A DNA stretch of 64,000 bases. It comes from an uncultured Acidobacteriota bacterium (lineage in GTDB: Bacteria; Acidobacteriota; Vicinamibacteria; Vicinamibacterales; 2-12-FULL-66-21). This document shows positions 11,276 through 20,437 of the stretch, piece after piece (the first letter of the stretch is position 1; each line of letters starts with the position of its first letter). The notes under the pieces were generated by a model. The model did no database searches. It was not told the origin of the DNA and saw only the letters and a program-made list of their open reading frames with translations. The stretch covers positions 171,723 through 235,722 of the forward strand of contig CAVRYF010000001.1 in assembly GCA_963725325.1 (NCBI GenBank), read 5' to 3'. The position numbers were made by a program, and so were the translations under genes.

Positions 11276-11529
11276 CGCGATCGATTCAAAGCAGCTGATC
11301 GGTGCCGGCGAGCGTCACCGTCCGTTGCAGTGCGAAACACCTCTTTGCGGTGACACGCCCCACAGACGACCGCCGTCGCGCTCGCAGAGCGTCTGGGCTT
11401 CCTTGAAGTACTCCTGCGCGCGCTGTTGATCGATCTGAGCGACCGCAGGCGGCGGGTGGCCTATAACCACGTACGCCAAGACTGCCGTGCAAAACGCTGA
11501 TATCCGCTTGACTACTCCCTGGCCGTTCC

Positions 11530-12897
11530 CTACCTTGGCACCACCCACGTTCCGACGATGCTGTCGTGCGGTCCGCGGCCGGGAACGGCAATAGTCCACG
11601 CGACGCCTGCCGCCATCAATAGGAACGCGAGACTGCCCACGATGAACGCCACGTCCGGAGACACACGCGGCTCGCCGAACATCGGCACTCCGACACAGGC
11701 GATCCACGCGAGCGCCGGCGACCAGGCGACCAGGAATCGGATCGCCGATCGCGCCCGGCCAATCTCGCGGCCGTCGCGGCTCACTACCGCGTGCCCGAGA
11801 GCCCGAGTGACCAGACCGCCCGGCACGGCCAGCACCGATATCAGGCCGCACACAATCGAGACCAACACCGGGATGGATGCGAACCCGCTGGCGACAAAGC
11901 CCCGGAGCGCCTCGCCACCGGCGGGGAAGTTTGCGCTCAAGTTTGCGCTCTCGGCTGCCAGCTCTTGAATCTGCGGGGCGACGATGGCGGAGGCACGAGC
12001 GAGCTCGTCGGGAGAGACCGCCGGGTAGCGCGCGGCGATCTCCGCCGACGTTCGTCTCCAACTGAGAAACGGTTCAATCTGAGGCGCCTGAGTGTTCCAG
12101 AACTCGTCGCTCGTGAGCTGCGAGCGAAAGTGCGCAGCAATATACTGCTCCGCCGCGGTGCGCTGCTCTTGGGTCTTGAACTCGGCATCGGCACTAGAGT
12201 CAGCGATCCACATCATCCACCTCGTGAAGTCGCTTCTCTGACGGAATATATTGCTGGCGTCTCCCTGGAGGGATCTCGCGAACATGGGAAGCATCACACT
12301 GACGATCAGGAAAAGTACGGCCAACGGCATCGCCGCTATCACCATCGGCAGGGCACGACGGACGCGTGAGGGACGGCTGGGAATCGATGCGAGACGCAGG
12401 AGCTCCGCTTTGACGTCAGCGAGCGCTGGCGGCGCTCCGGTCGCAAGTCGATTCAGGAGCGTCGTGGCCGACAGGGGCGCGGCCGGCTCCATGCCTGGCG
12501 CAGCCAGTTGCCTCGAGGCGGCCGCCAGCAGCTCGACAGGACTGAGAGTCTGATTGGCGTGTGATGAGGCCAGTCCTGGCCACAGAAAATCGAGCAGAAC
12601 GAGGCGCCCGTCCGCCCTCTTCCAGACATGCGCGAGAGTGGGGCGGATGTCCATCTCTTCGCGAACCGAAGCGTCGAGTTCGATCGTGAGGCTCGAGAGG
12701 GAGCGATGTACCTCGCGCCAGTCGGGTGTCAACGGCGCTGACAGAAGCGGCTCGCCGCCTGGCGCCTCGAAGGCGTCCCAATTCTCCGTCGCCGATCGGC
12801 GCCCCGCGAGCCAGTACCAGCCGCCCGGGCCGTGACACATCGCGCCGGGTCGCGTCGACCGGCGGTGTCCCTGGCGCAACTTCGTGAATCCAGACAT
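11530..12897 (-). CDS. Distal part of the Ser/Thr kinase gene (TM segments + C-terminal RDD domain); separate ORF only because of a frameshift
   Basis: The first ~20 codons overlap the kinase ORF in another frame. From WYWLAGRRSATENWDAFEAPGGEPLL onward the sequence is protein-like. C-terminus: GLVTRALGHAVVSRDGREIGRARSAIRFLVAWSP...HDSIVGTWVVPR, which is RDD-family-like. Confidence 0.6.
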   Translation of the reverse strand: MSGFTKLRQGHRRSTRPGAMCHGPGGWYWLAGRRSATENWDAFEAPGGEPLLSAPLTPDWREVHRSLSSLTIELDASVREEMDIRPTLAHVWKRADGRLVLLDFLWPGLASSHANQTLSPVELLAAASRQLAAPGMEPAAPLSATTLLNRLATGAPPALADVKAELLRLASIPSRPSRVRRALPMVIAAMPLAVLFLIVSVMLPMFARSLQGDASNIFRQRSDFTRWMMWIADSSADAEFKTQEQRTAAEQYIAAHFRSQLTSDEFWNTQAPQIEPFLSWRRTSAEIAARYPAVSPDELARASAIVAPQIQELAAESANLSANFPAGGEALRGFVASGFASIPVLVSIVCGLISVLAVPGGLVTRALGHAVVSRDGREIGRARSAIRFLVAWSPALAWIACVGVPMFGEPRVSPDVAFIVGSLAFLLMAAGVAWTIAVPGRGPHDSIVGTWVVPR

Positions 12898-14542
12898 GAC
12901 GACGAAGGATCGGATCGACCCCGATGAACAATCGTCCGCTGCCGGTCTCGCCGACTATCGTGTGCACGGCGTACGGTCCGACGCGTCGCAAGGACGAAAG
13001 AGCAGGCACGAGATCGGCAGGTGAAGCTTTCGGAGGGGCCGAGGCGACGAGTCGAAGGACGTTCCGCTGCACGACATGCGTACGGCTCAGGAGCTCATGG
13101 ACGCCGGTCCATCCGTTGCCACGGCGGGCCGTCGAGAACAGCAGAATGGTCGACAGGAGCGACAGCCAGACGTTGGGCCGCACATTCCAGGCGCCCATGA
13201 AGAAAACAGTGGGCACAAGGAACACCGCAGTACGCAAGCCAAGGCGCAGCCACCACCGGGCATTGCTCTCCGATGGGGTTTGCGATGTGACGCGCAAGCC
13301 CATGAGCCGCTTGCCCAGCGACGCGCCCCAGCCGCCTTCCACAACGAAGTAGTAGATCAGCCCCGTGACCCACGACCACGGCGCCAGCCTAAGCAGCGTG
13401 GTCGTGGATCCGAGCGTCGCGGCCATCCACGCCGAGACACTGAGCAGCCACGTCATGATCGCGAAGACGACCGAGTCAGCGATCCAGGCGATGAAGCGCG
13501 CCCCGAGCGGGGCAGGGACTTCATCCGCGGATCCGTACGGCCGCAGGAGGTCCGCCAGCTCGGCGTACGACTGCGGTCGTCCGGCGGGAGCCTTCGCGAG
13601 ACAGCGCAGCACGACGGCCGCGAGTCCGCGCGGAATGTCACGCCGAAGCGCACGCGGCGACGCGGGCTTCTCGGTCGCGACCTTCGAGACGAGCTCACGG
13701 ACGTCCGGCGCGTCGAGCGGCGGCCGTCCCGTCAGGAGGTAGTAGAGCGTCGCGCCGACGGCGTAGATGTCGGCGCGGACGTCCAGCGGCTCGCCTCGCA
13801 ACTGCTCCGGCGCGGCGAATTGCGGCGTGCCTTCGAAGCCCGTCGTCCCGAGTTCGTGCCGCACGTCGCGGGTCAGCGTCGAGATGGACAGCCCGAAGTC
13901 CCCGACCTTGACGTCGCCGTCCGCGTCGACGAAGCAATTCGACGGCTTGATGTCGCGATGGAGAATCCCCGCCGCTTGCGCCGCGTCGAGGCCGCCGATG
14001 ACGTCGAGCACGGCCGATACGGCGGCGGATGGAGGCATCGGCCCCTCAGCCGAGACGCGGTCTTTCAGCGTGCCGCCGGAGAGCAGCTCCATCGTGATCG
14101 CGGGCGCGCCGCCCACTTCTTCGCTGCCGAAGATGTAGACCGTGTGGGCGTGGCTGATCGATGCCGCGAGCTGCCCCTCACGAAGGAACCGTGCACGATC
14201 TCCGTCGCCCCGCAGCGTGGCGCGCAAGACTTTCAGCGCCAGGCGTCGTCCTGTCTCGAGTTGCTCGGCTTCGTAGACCTCGCCCATTCCACCCCGACCG
14301 AGCAGCCGGACGATCCGATACGGCCCCCAGACTTGTCCGTTCGCGAGGCGGGGCGAGCCAGGCCGCGACGGATCGCTCGTGGACGCGACGCCAGTCGAGG
14401 TCGCGTCGTTCGACCCGCTGAGCGCTTCCACGCCGGCGGTCAGCAGGCACAATGCGCACAGGCCTTCGGGCGGATCCGGTGGCAGTTGCCGCCCGCACCG
14501 CGGACACCGACGCGACAGGTGGGGCACCGTTTCGGACATCAC
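12416..14542 (-). CDS. Ser/Thr protein kinase with N-terminal Cys-rich region and RDD domain; authentic frame probably ends near 12830 (frameshift)
   Basis: Motifs present: CPRCGRQLPPDPPEGLCALCLL; LLGRGGMGEVYEAE...ALKVL; HRDIKPSNCFV; DFGLS. An RDD-like membrane domain follows (FIAWIADSVVF...GASLGKRLMGLRV). The last ~140 aa of the ORF are Arg/Ala-rich out-of-frame sequence. Confidence 0.85.
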   Translation of the reverse strand: MMSETVPHLSRRCPRCGRQLPPDPPEGLCALCLLTAGVEALSGSNDATSTGVASTSDPSRPGSPRLANGQVWGPYRIVRLLGRGGMGEVYEAEQLETGRRLALKVLRATLRGDGDRARFLREGQLAASISHAHTVYIFGSEEVGGAPAITMELLSGGTLKDRVSAEGPMPPSAAVSAVLDVIGGLDAAQAAGILHRDIKPSNCFVDADGDVKVGDFGLSISTLTRDVRHELGTTGFEGTPQFAAPEQLRGEPLDVRADIYAVGATLYYLLTGRPPLDAPDVRELVSKVATEKPASPRALRRDIPRGLAAVVLRCLAKAPAGRPQSYAELADLLRPYGSADEVPAPLGARFIAWIADSVVFAIMTWLLSVSAWMAATLGSTTTLLRLAPWSWVTGLIYYFVVEGGWGASLGKRLMGLRVTSQTPSESNARWWLRLGLRTAVFLVPTVFFMGAWNVRPNVWLSLLSTILLFSTARRGNGWTGVHELLSRTHVVQRNVLRLVASAPPKASPADLVPALSSLRRVGPYAVHTIVGETGSGRLFIGVDPILRRHVWIHEVAPGTPPVDATRRDVSRPGRLVLARGAPIGDGELGRLRGARRRAASVSAVDTRLARGTSLPLEPHDRTRRFGSRRDGHPPHSRACLEEGGRAPRSARFSVARTGLITRQSDSQSCRAAGGRLEATGCARHGAGRAPVGHDAPESTCDRSAASAR

Positions 14543-14699
14543 ATCCCCCGGTTCGTCTGAGGCCAGATTTGCCGTCGCTCGCGCCAGAGTTTCACGTGAG
14601 CTACGGCGGACATCTGGATCAGACAGAACCGTCGCCCGGGGTTACGCGCTCAACGCCTGAATGAGATGACGGATTTCGTCGTCGACGTCCCGCCCATCG

Positions 14700-15344
14700 T
14701 CAACGGTTTCGCGCGACGCGCTGGCGCAACAGGGATTGAAACCGGCGCCTGAGACGATGGACCGCGGCTTTGACCGCGCCTTCCGACGTCTCGAGGCGGG
14801 CCGCCACGCCTGCGTATCCGCCAACCGGCGCCTGTCCGAGCAGGCACGCTTTGAGCTCGTCGAACTCGGCCGCCCGTCCCTGAGCGATCCATTGCGCGCG
14901 AAGGTCGGTGAGCAGGCGCTCGACGACCGTCAACGCCCAGCGCCGATCGAACAGCGTTTCGGGTGTTGCGTGATCCTTGGGTTCGACGACGTATTGGCCT
15001 TCAGCGTTCTCGAGCGGGACCATCTGCCGGCCACCGCCGCGCTTCTGCGTCCGTTCACGTGCCGACCAGTTGGACAGGTAGTGTTTCAACGACGCCAGAA
15101 GGAACGCGCGGAATCGGCCTCGATCCTGACGTAGTCCCTCGAAGTCCTGCCGCTCGATGAGCGATGTTAGGAACCCCTGCGTCAGGTCGCGCGCATCTTC
15201 TGGGTCGAGGCCTCGGCGGCGGAGGTAGGCGTAGAGCGGATACCAGTAGGTCTGGCAGAGCGAAGAGAGGGCTTCACGCGCCGCCTGCGAGTCGTTCCCG
15301 GCGGCCGCCAGCACGAGACTCCACCGCGTCGTTTCGAAGGGCAA
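14700..15344 (-). CDS. ECF sigma factor of the Ser/Thr-kinase-linked type (ECF43-like); C-terminal end frameshifted
   Basis: MPFETTRWSLVLAAAG...YWYPLYAYLRRRG...AVHRLRRRFQSLLRQ. The expected C-terminus (ETVDDGRDVDDEIRHLIQALSA*) is encoded in another frame down to 14642. The gene lies directly upstream of the kinase. Confidence 0.8.
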   Translation of the reverse strand: MPFETTRWSLVLAAAGNDSQAAREALSSLCQTYWYPLYAYLRRRGLDPEDARDLTQGFLTSLIERQDFEGLRQDRGRFRAFLLASLKHYLSNWSARERTQKRGGGRQMVPLENAEGQYVVEPKDHATPETLFDRRWALTVVERLLTDLRAQWIAQGRAAEFDELKACLLGQAPVGGYAGVAARLETSEGAVKAAVHRLRRRFQSLLRQRVARNR

Positions 15345-15441
15345 GGCGACGCATCGTACGCCAGATGGTCGCCGCTCGCCACCTGATGAACTGCAGTGTC
15401 TCGCGATTCTTGACGCAGCGTGCTAAGTCGAACTGGTTCTA

Positions 15442-15509
15442 CCGCTCGCAAGTCGCTGATTCTAAAGTGGCCCAGAACTCCCACGCTTTGTGCGTCCGTA
15501 AACCTCGAT
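15442..15509 (+). repeat. Junction scar related to the tRNA-Ser upstream region (no tRNA part)
   Basis: ccgctcgcaagtcgctgattctaaagtgg resembles ccgcaagtgcttgattctaaacgg, found upstream of the tRNA-Ser copies. The downstream ccgtaaacctcgat also occurs at ~22770. Confidence 0.35.
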
Positions 15510-15514
15510 GTTCC

Positions 15515-16105
15515 TCAGTCAGCAGGACATCGCTGCCAGGCATCAAGGGACTCGAGGAATTGCCTTGCCTCGACCGCGGAGTTCTCGGCGATGTACGCGA
15601 GCAGCAATGTCCGATGTGGGCAGAGCCGCTTCTCAACGTACCAATTGAGGGGAAACTGGACATCGTCTTTTCGCACCAGGCCCGAGCGCACCGCCGACTG
15701 CAACTGACTGACCTCGAACAGAAAGCGGTCATACCGGTCAGTGATGAATCGCTGTGTTTCCGTGCGCTTGCGCCCGTTTTTTCGTAAGGATGCTTCAATC
15801 GCCACAGGGACATCTGTTGGTAGGATGCGCACGACCGTGCCAGGCGCGATCTCGTACGTGCGGCCTTCCTCCCAGTCCAGCATCGTCATCGCCTGCCAGC
15901 CGTCGTCTTTGATCATGGCGTTGACCATCGTTCGGGCCATGTCGGCCTGCTTCCACTCGAGCTCCCGCATGCTCTGCGAGACCCCTCGCCGGTATTGACC
16001 GATACCCACCGCCGCGGCGACAAGGGCGCTGAGGATCGCTGCGTACTTCCCAATCCATTCCAGCCTGGTCGCGTTAGGCACGGCGTCTCTCTCCAGTAGT
16101 TCCAA
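15515..16105 (-). CDS. Hypothetical membrane-anchored protein (orphan)
   Basis: 196-aa ORF with one N-terminal TM segment (YAAILSALVAAAVGIGQY). Amino-acid composition is balanced, and GC is lower than in the neighbours. I recognise no family. Confidence 0.5.
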   Translation of the reverse strand: MELLERDAVPNATRLEWIGKYAAILSALVAAAVGIGQYRRGVSQSMRELEWKQADMARTMVNAMIKDDGWQAMTMLDWEEGRTYEIAPGTVVRILPTDVPVAIEASLRKNGRKRTETQRFITDRYDRFLFEVSQLQSAVRSGLVRKDDVQFPLNWYVEKRLCPHRTLLLAYIAENSAVEARQFLESLDAWQRCPAD

Positions 16106-16130
16106 GTCCTCGAGACTTCACAGCCGTGCG

Positions 16131-17060
16131 TCAGAACTTGAGCGTCCAGCCACTCTGAACCTGACTCGAGGAGGCGCGCTGGCCGTTCCTGTTGACACGC
16201 GTACCGGCCAGGTAATCGACGACGATATCCACGAACGGGACCCGATTCCACATCAGACTAATCGATGTCCATTGGGTCCGGTAGGGCGTTTCGCTGTCAA
16301 GCACGCCTCTTACCGACCTCCGCCCGACGCGGTGAGTGCCTGAAGCGTGAAGATGTCCGGCGCCAGTGTGACGCCGACTTCGACGCGCTCGACCTCGTAG
16401 ATCGTGCGTCCGATCTGATCGTTGGACTCGACGTAGCGGTGGGGCACGCGCATCCCGCCGACGTCGCGATAGTCCGAGTACGTCGTCGTCGCCGGCATCG
16501 CACCGGCTTCGGCAACCGACATCGTCCGCCGATCCTGAAGCACGTCGCCGGTCTCCGCGTCCACGGCCACCATCAGCCGCGGTCCCTGCCAGGTGCGCAC
16601 GAACCACCCCATCCCGTAGCCGACGGTGCCGCCGACTTGGATCTGCGGCGTCCAGGTCGTCGTCAGGGCGGCGGGACTGATTAGCGGTTTTGCCGTCGTA
16701 GACGCCCTGGCGCAGCAGGAAGCGAATCCACGAGGTCATGTCGAGGGTCGTGGCGCTGATCGCGCCTGCGGGTGCGATGCCGTCGATGTTGTTCCCGCGT
16801 CTCGAGCGTGACCAGCTGGAATCTCTTCCGCGCCTCGTCCCACGTGTAGCCTCGAGCCACGCGTGGATCCTTCCACGCTTTCAGCAGCGACGTGCGCGTC
16901 GCGGCCATGCCGAGCGGAGCGAGGATGCGCGCCTTCATGAGCGTGTCCCAGGACGTGCCGGCCGCCGCGGCCGCCGCCGATCCCGCCGCGAGGTAGAGCA
17001 CGTTGTTGTAGAGGAACCGCTGACAAAACGGAGCAAACCAGCCTCAACCGCGCGGCGCTG
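16131..17060 (-). pseudogene. Beta-lactamase-family serine hydrolase remnant: 5'-truncated, several frameshifts
   Basis: Fragments lie in three frames:
- GWFAPFCQRFLYNNVLYLAAGSAAAAAAGTSWDTLMKARILAPLGMAATR...
- GAISATTLDMTSWIRFLLRQGVYDGKT
- GYGMGWFVRTWQGPRLMVAVDAETGDVL...
A stop lies directly upstream of GWFAPF and the SxxK region is absent. The last ~55 codons (...FVDIVVDYLAGTRVNRNG...SGWTLKF*) look like an unrelated OM-barrel C-terminus. Confidence 0.55.
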
Positions 17061-17228
17061 TACCGTGCGCATCGCGAGGTCGGCCGCAGTGAATGTCGCG
17101 TTCGTTCCGGGCGCGGTTGGCGCGGTCATAGTGGCGAATCCTGTTCCGAATCGGGCGTGGCGACCCGGATCGCGAGACGAATCCGACGTCCGAGGTGCAC
17201 GGTCGACATCGGACCCGCTCGCGTCCTT

Positions 17229-18737
17229 CTACGACTTTGGCATCAGTTTCTCGACGATCTGGTCAACCGTGAAGCTCGCGGCCTTCTGTCGCGGCGGGAA
17301 CTCTTTGAAACTCTCGAGCCATTCGTGCACGACCGCCTGCGCGGCGTACTGGAACGGGACATGCTCGACGAACCAGTCGTTGTATCTGATGCTGTCCTCG
17401 CCCGCCTCGAACGGATCCGATCGCAGATCGAACATCTTGGGGATGCGCATCTGCTTCAGCGGCTCGCGCCAGACCTGAAGTCCCGTGGCGAGCTGCTCGG
17501 CGAACACGATCTTGTACTGCTGCACCCGCAGCGCCATCAGGTCCCCATCGTCGCTCCAGTAAATGAAGCCGTCGCGCGGGCATGGCTCCTTGCCGGAAAG
17601 GAACGGGAACAGGTTGTAGCCATCGAGATGCACCTTGAAGCTCGTTCCGCCGATCTCGTGTCCTTTCTTGAGCTTGGCCACGATGTCCGGATCCCCGGCG
17701 GCGGCCGCAAAGGTCGGCAGGAAGTCGGTGAGCGAACCCATCTCGTTGATGACCTCGCCGCCTTTGATGACGCCAGGCCACCGCATCACGCACGGGACGC
17801 GCCAGCCGCCCTCCCAATTCGTATCCTTCTCACCGCGGAAGGGCGTCGCGCCGCCGTCGGGCCAGATGCATTCCTCGGCGCCGTTGTCGGTGGTGAACAC
17901 TACGACCGTGTTGTCGGCGACGCCGAGATCGTCGAGCTTCTTCAGCAGGTCACCGACATAGCCGTCGAGTTCGACCATCCCGTCCGGGTAGATGCCGTGC
18001 CCGGTCTTGCCCACCGAGGACGGCTTCAGATGCGTGAACACGTGCATGCGCGTGGGATTGAAATAGCAGAACCACGGCACCTTCTCTTTGGTCTTGCGCT
18101 CCATGAAGTCGAGGGCCGACGCCAGGAACTCTTCGTCTACCGTCTCCATGCGTTTCTTGGTGAGCGGGCCGGTGTTTTCAATCGTTTGCTTGCCAACCTT
18201 CCCAAACACCGGATCCTCGGTCGCATCGTCCTTGTCGGTGGCCTTGCACTTGAGGACACCGCGCGGTCCGAATCGAGCCTTGAACTTGGGGTCCTTGGGA
18301 TAGTCGGTGTACTCGGGCTCTTCCTCGGCGTTCAGGTGATAGAGGTTCCCGAAGAACTCATCGAAGCCATGCACCGTCGGCAGATGCTCGTTGCGATCGC
18401 CGAGATGGTTCTTGCCGAACTGGCCGGTCGCATAACCAAAGCCCTTGAGCACCTGCGCGATGGTTACGTCTTCCGCCTTGAGCCCGAGGGTCGCGCCAGG
18501 CATGCCGACCTTGGTCAGGCCTGTGCGGATCGGCTGCTGGCCCGTGAGGAACGCCGCACGGCCAGCGGTGCAGCTTTGCTGGCCGTAGAAGTCGGTGAAC
18601 ATCGCGCCCTCGCGGGCGATCCGGTCCATGTTCGGCGTGCGATAGCCCATGAGGCCGTGGTTGTAGCAACTCAGATTGAACCAGCCGATGTCGTCGGCCA
18701 TGATGAAGAGAATGTTCGGCTTGCCGGTCTTTGCCAT
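17229..18737 (-). CDS. Arylsulfatase (formylglycine-dependent sulfatase family)
   Basis: GGAGGA then ATG 18737: MAKTGKPNILFIMADDIGW...QQSCTAGRAAFLTG (C-x-A-x-R FGly motif). No signal peptide is evident. Confidence 0.9.
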   Translation of the reverse strand: MAKTGKPNILFIMADDIGWFNLSCYNHGLMGYRTPNMDRIAREGAMFTDFYGQQSCTAGRAAFLTGQQPIRTGLTKVGMPGATLGLKAEDVTIAQVLKGFGYATGQFGKNHLGDRNEHLPTVHGFDEFFGNLYHLNAEEEPEYTDYPKDPKFKARFGPRGVLKCKATDKDDATEDPVFGKVGKQTIENTGPLTKKRMETVDEEFLASALDFMERKTKEKVPWFCYFNPTRMHVFTHLKPSSVGKTGHGIYPDGMVELDGYVGDLLKKLDDLGVADNTVVVFTTDNGAEECIWPDGGATPFRGEKDTNWEGGWRVPCVMRWPGVIKGGEVINEMGSLTDFLPTFAAAAGDPDIVAKLKKGHEIGGTSFKVHLDGYNLFPFLSGKEPCPRDGFIYWSDDGDLMALRVQQYKIVFAEQLATGLQVWREPLKQMRIPKMFDLRSDPFEAGEDSIRYNDWFVEHVPFQYAAQAVVHEWLESFKEFPPRQKAASFTVDQIVEKLMPKS

Positions 18738-18816
18738 GTGAGTCCTCCTGACGCGTATCGACATCTGCGCTGTATCCGATTCCGATCCCATGCGTTGCCT
18801 GACGCGAGCGATCGAC

Positions 18817-19149
18817 TTACGCCAAGACGACCTTCCAGTCGTTCTTCATGCTGACCACGGTCCACCCGTGCGCCTTCGCGAGATCGAGCGCCTTCTCGGC
18901 GCCCGCGACGTAGTCGAATTCGCGCGTGCTGTCGTCGTGGAGCACGAGCAACCGAAGCGCCGGGCGGTCCTTGCCTCCGGTGAACTGCAGCATCTCGATA
19001 TCGCCATTGGAGTTGCCGACTGCCAGGATCGGCCGCCGTCCAATCCGGCTCCAGATGCGGACGGGTTTCACGGGACCGTCGTCGAACACATCCGGCTTCG
19101 CGAGGTACGCGAGCGATCCCCCGTCAGGGCCGACCGGACCAAAACACAC
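18817..19149 (-). pseudogene. C-terminal fragment of a HAD-superfamily hydrolase (paralog of 23053..24003)
   Basis: IGRRPILAVGNSNGDIEMLQF...LVLHDDSTREFDYVAGAEKALDLAKAHGWTVVSMKNDWKVV aligns with the last ~100 aa of the full-length HAD gene at 23 kb. The DxDxT N-terminus is missing. Confidence 0.6.
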
Positions 19150-19562
19150 CTCCGTTCCAACATGCCGTGCCAGGCCACGGCATGTCGTGGGCTGCAGCCG
19201 CCCGCCTCGCGGGATCCGCAGGGATTCCCGTCAAAATCGGTGATCCTTGTCGGCTGCCGCTCCATTGAGCAGACACTGTACCTGCTTGGTGCGGCGGCGC
19301 GCTCCGTGCCTAGTTGAGCCCGACGACACGTAGTCTGACCAGAGTCTCTGGGAGAAGGTCCAAGCTGCTATGCGCATTCGGCAATGCGGAGGTGGACTGT
19401 CAGGCCAGCGGCGGACTAAGCGGTCTTACACAATTTCATCGACGAGCGATCTGGACAGGCCCGCAAGTCGCTGAATACAAACGGCATCGCGGGACGTTAG
19501 TATTTGAAGGAGGGTTTTGCGATAGCCTGTTCCAGGCCGCCCGCAAACCGTTGATTCTAAAC

Positions 19563-19601
19563 GGAGAGATGTCCGAGTGGTTGAAGGAGCACGCTTGGAA
19601 A
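19563..19601 (+). repeat. tRNA-Ser(GGA) 5'-half copy 1 (acceptor, D-arm, anticodon stem 5' side and loop), ends exactly after the anticodon loop
   Basis: ggagagatgtccgagtggttgaaggagcacgcttggaaa is followed by unrelated ttgattcc. It is preceded by ~130 nt similar to the sequence upstream of copies 2 and 3 and the real tRNA (…ttgaaggagggttttgcg…ccgcaaaccgttgattctaaac). Confidence 0.75.
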
Positions 19602-19844
19602 TTGATTCCTTTCGCGCGTGCTGACGCATTCCAAATCCCCCCAACGCATCCGATCAACGACTTCCCGCAACATCGATGTGCATCGGAGTGTCCCGTAAAT
19701 CGCGGTGTGTGACCGGGGTTTCAGGGGTATGTGACACAGTTCTGACACAAAACCGCTCGCAATTGCGGCGCACGACTCGGTGTGCCCTGGTACGCGTGGC
19801 GCGCATGGTCCAATCAGGCCGCTCATTTCGTATATACTAAATTA

Positions 19845-20129
19845 GTGTTCGAGTGGGACCCGCGGAAGGCTGAGGCCAACGCGGCGAAGCACGGCGTCTC
19901 CTTCGATGATGCCGTGACCGTCTTCCTGGATCCCGAGGCGCTCGATGGCCCAGACTTGCAGCACTCGTCGGCGGAGTCGCGGTTCCTGCGACTTGGTCGA
20001 TCTCGTAGCGGACGCGTGCTGATGGTCGCGTACACATTCAGGAGAAGTGGCGATGCGGAAGCGATCCGGATCATCAGCGCGCGGCGGGCGAGCCGCCGCG
20101 AGCGTGCGGCGTACGCGGCGACAGGTTGA
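19845..20129 (+). CDS. brnT: BrnT-family (DUF497) type II toxin
   Basis: VFEWDPRKAEANAAKHGVSFDDAVTVFLDP...IRIISARRASRRER. The likely start is GTG 19845, just after an AT-rich tatatactaaatta. The ORF track starts at 19782. Confidence 0.8.
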   Translation: MFEWDPRKAEANAAKHGVSFDDAVTVFLDPEALDGPDLQHSSAESRFLRLGRSRSGRVLMVAYTFRRSGDAEAIRIISARRASRRERAAYAATG

Positions 20130-20346
20130 TTTCTCCGACATTCCCGATTCATCGGTACACCAGCTGCAGGCAATGCGGCGCGTCGGCCGGCCTCCGCTCG
20201 GCGACGAGCCTCGTCAGCTGATCGCGATTCGCGTCGATCCGGAAGTGCTCGAGCAGTTCCGTAAGGAAGCCCGCCGCCGCCGTGTCGGGTACCAGACGCT
20301 CATGAACGAAGTGCTCGCCCGGCACGTGCGCAAGGATGTCGCGTAA
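20104..20346 (+). CDS. brnA: BrnA-family antitoxin (RHH/CopG-like)
   Basis: DFSDIPDSSVHQL...GRPPLGDEPRQLIAIRVDPEVLEQFRKEARRRRVGYQTLMNEVLARHV. The gene overlaps the brnT 3' end. The start is uncertain: GTG 20104 here, versus 20047 in the ORF track. Confidence 0.8.
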   Translation: MRRTRRQVDFSDIPDSSVHQLQAMRRVGRPPLGDEPRQLIAIRVDPEVLEQFRKEARRRRVGYQTLMNEVLARHVRKDVA

Positions 20347-20437
20347 CGCGCCCAGCCGCGAGCAGCACCTTGAGATCGGGAGTGGCGCGGTTGATTCACC
20401 GGTGGATGTGCTGGCGAGTAATCGCGCGAGGTCCGCG

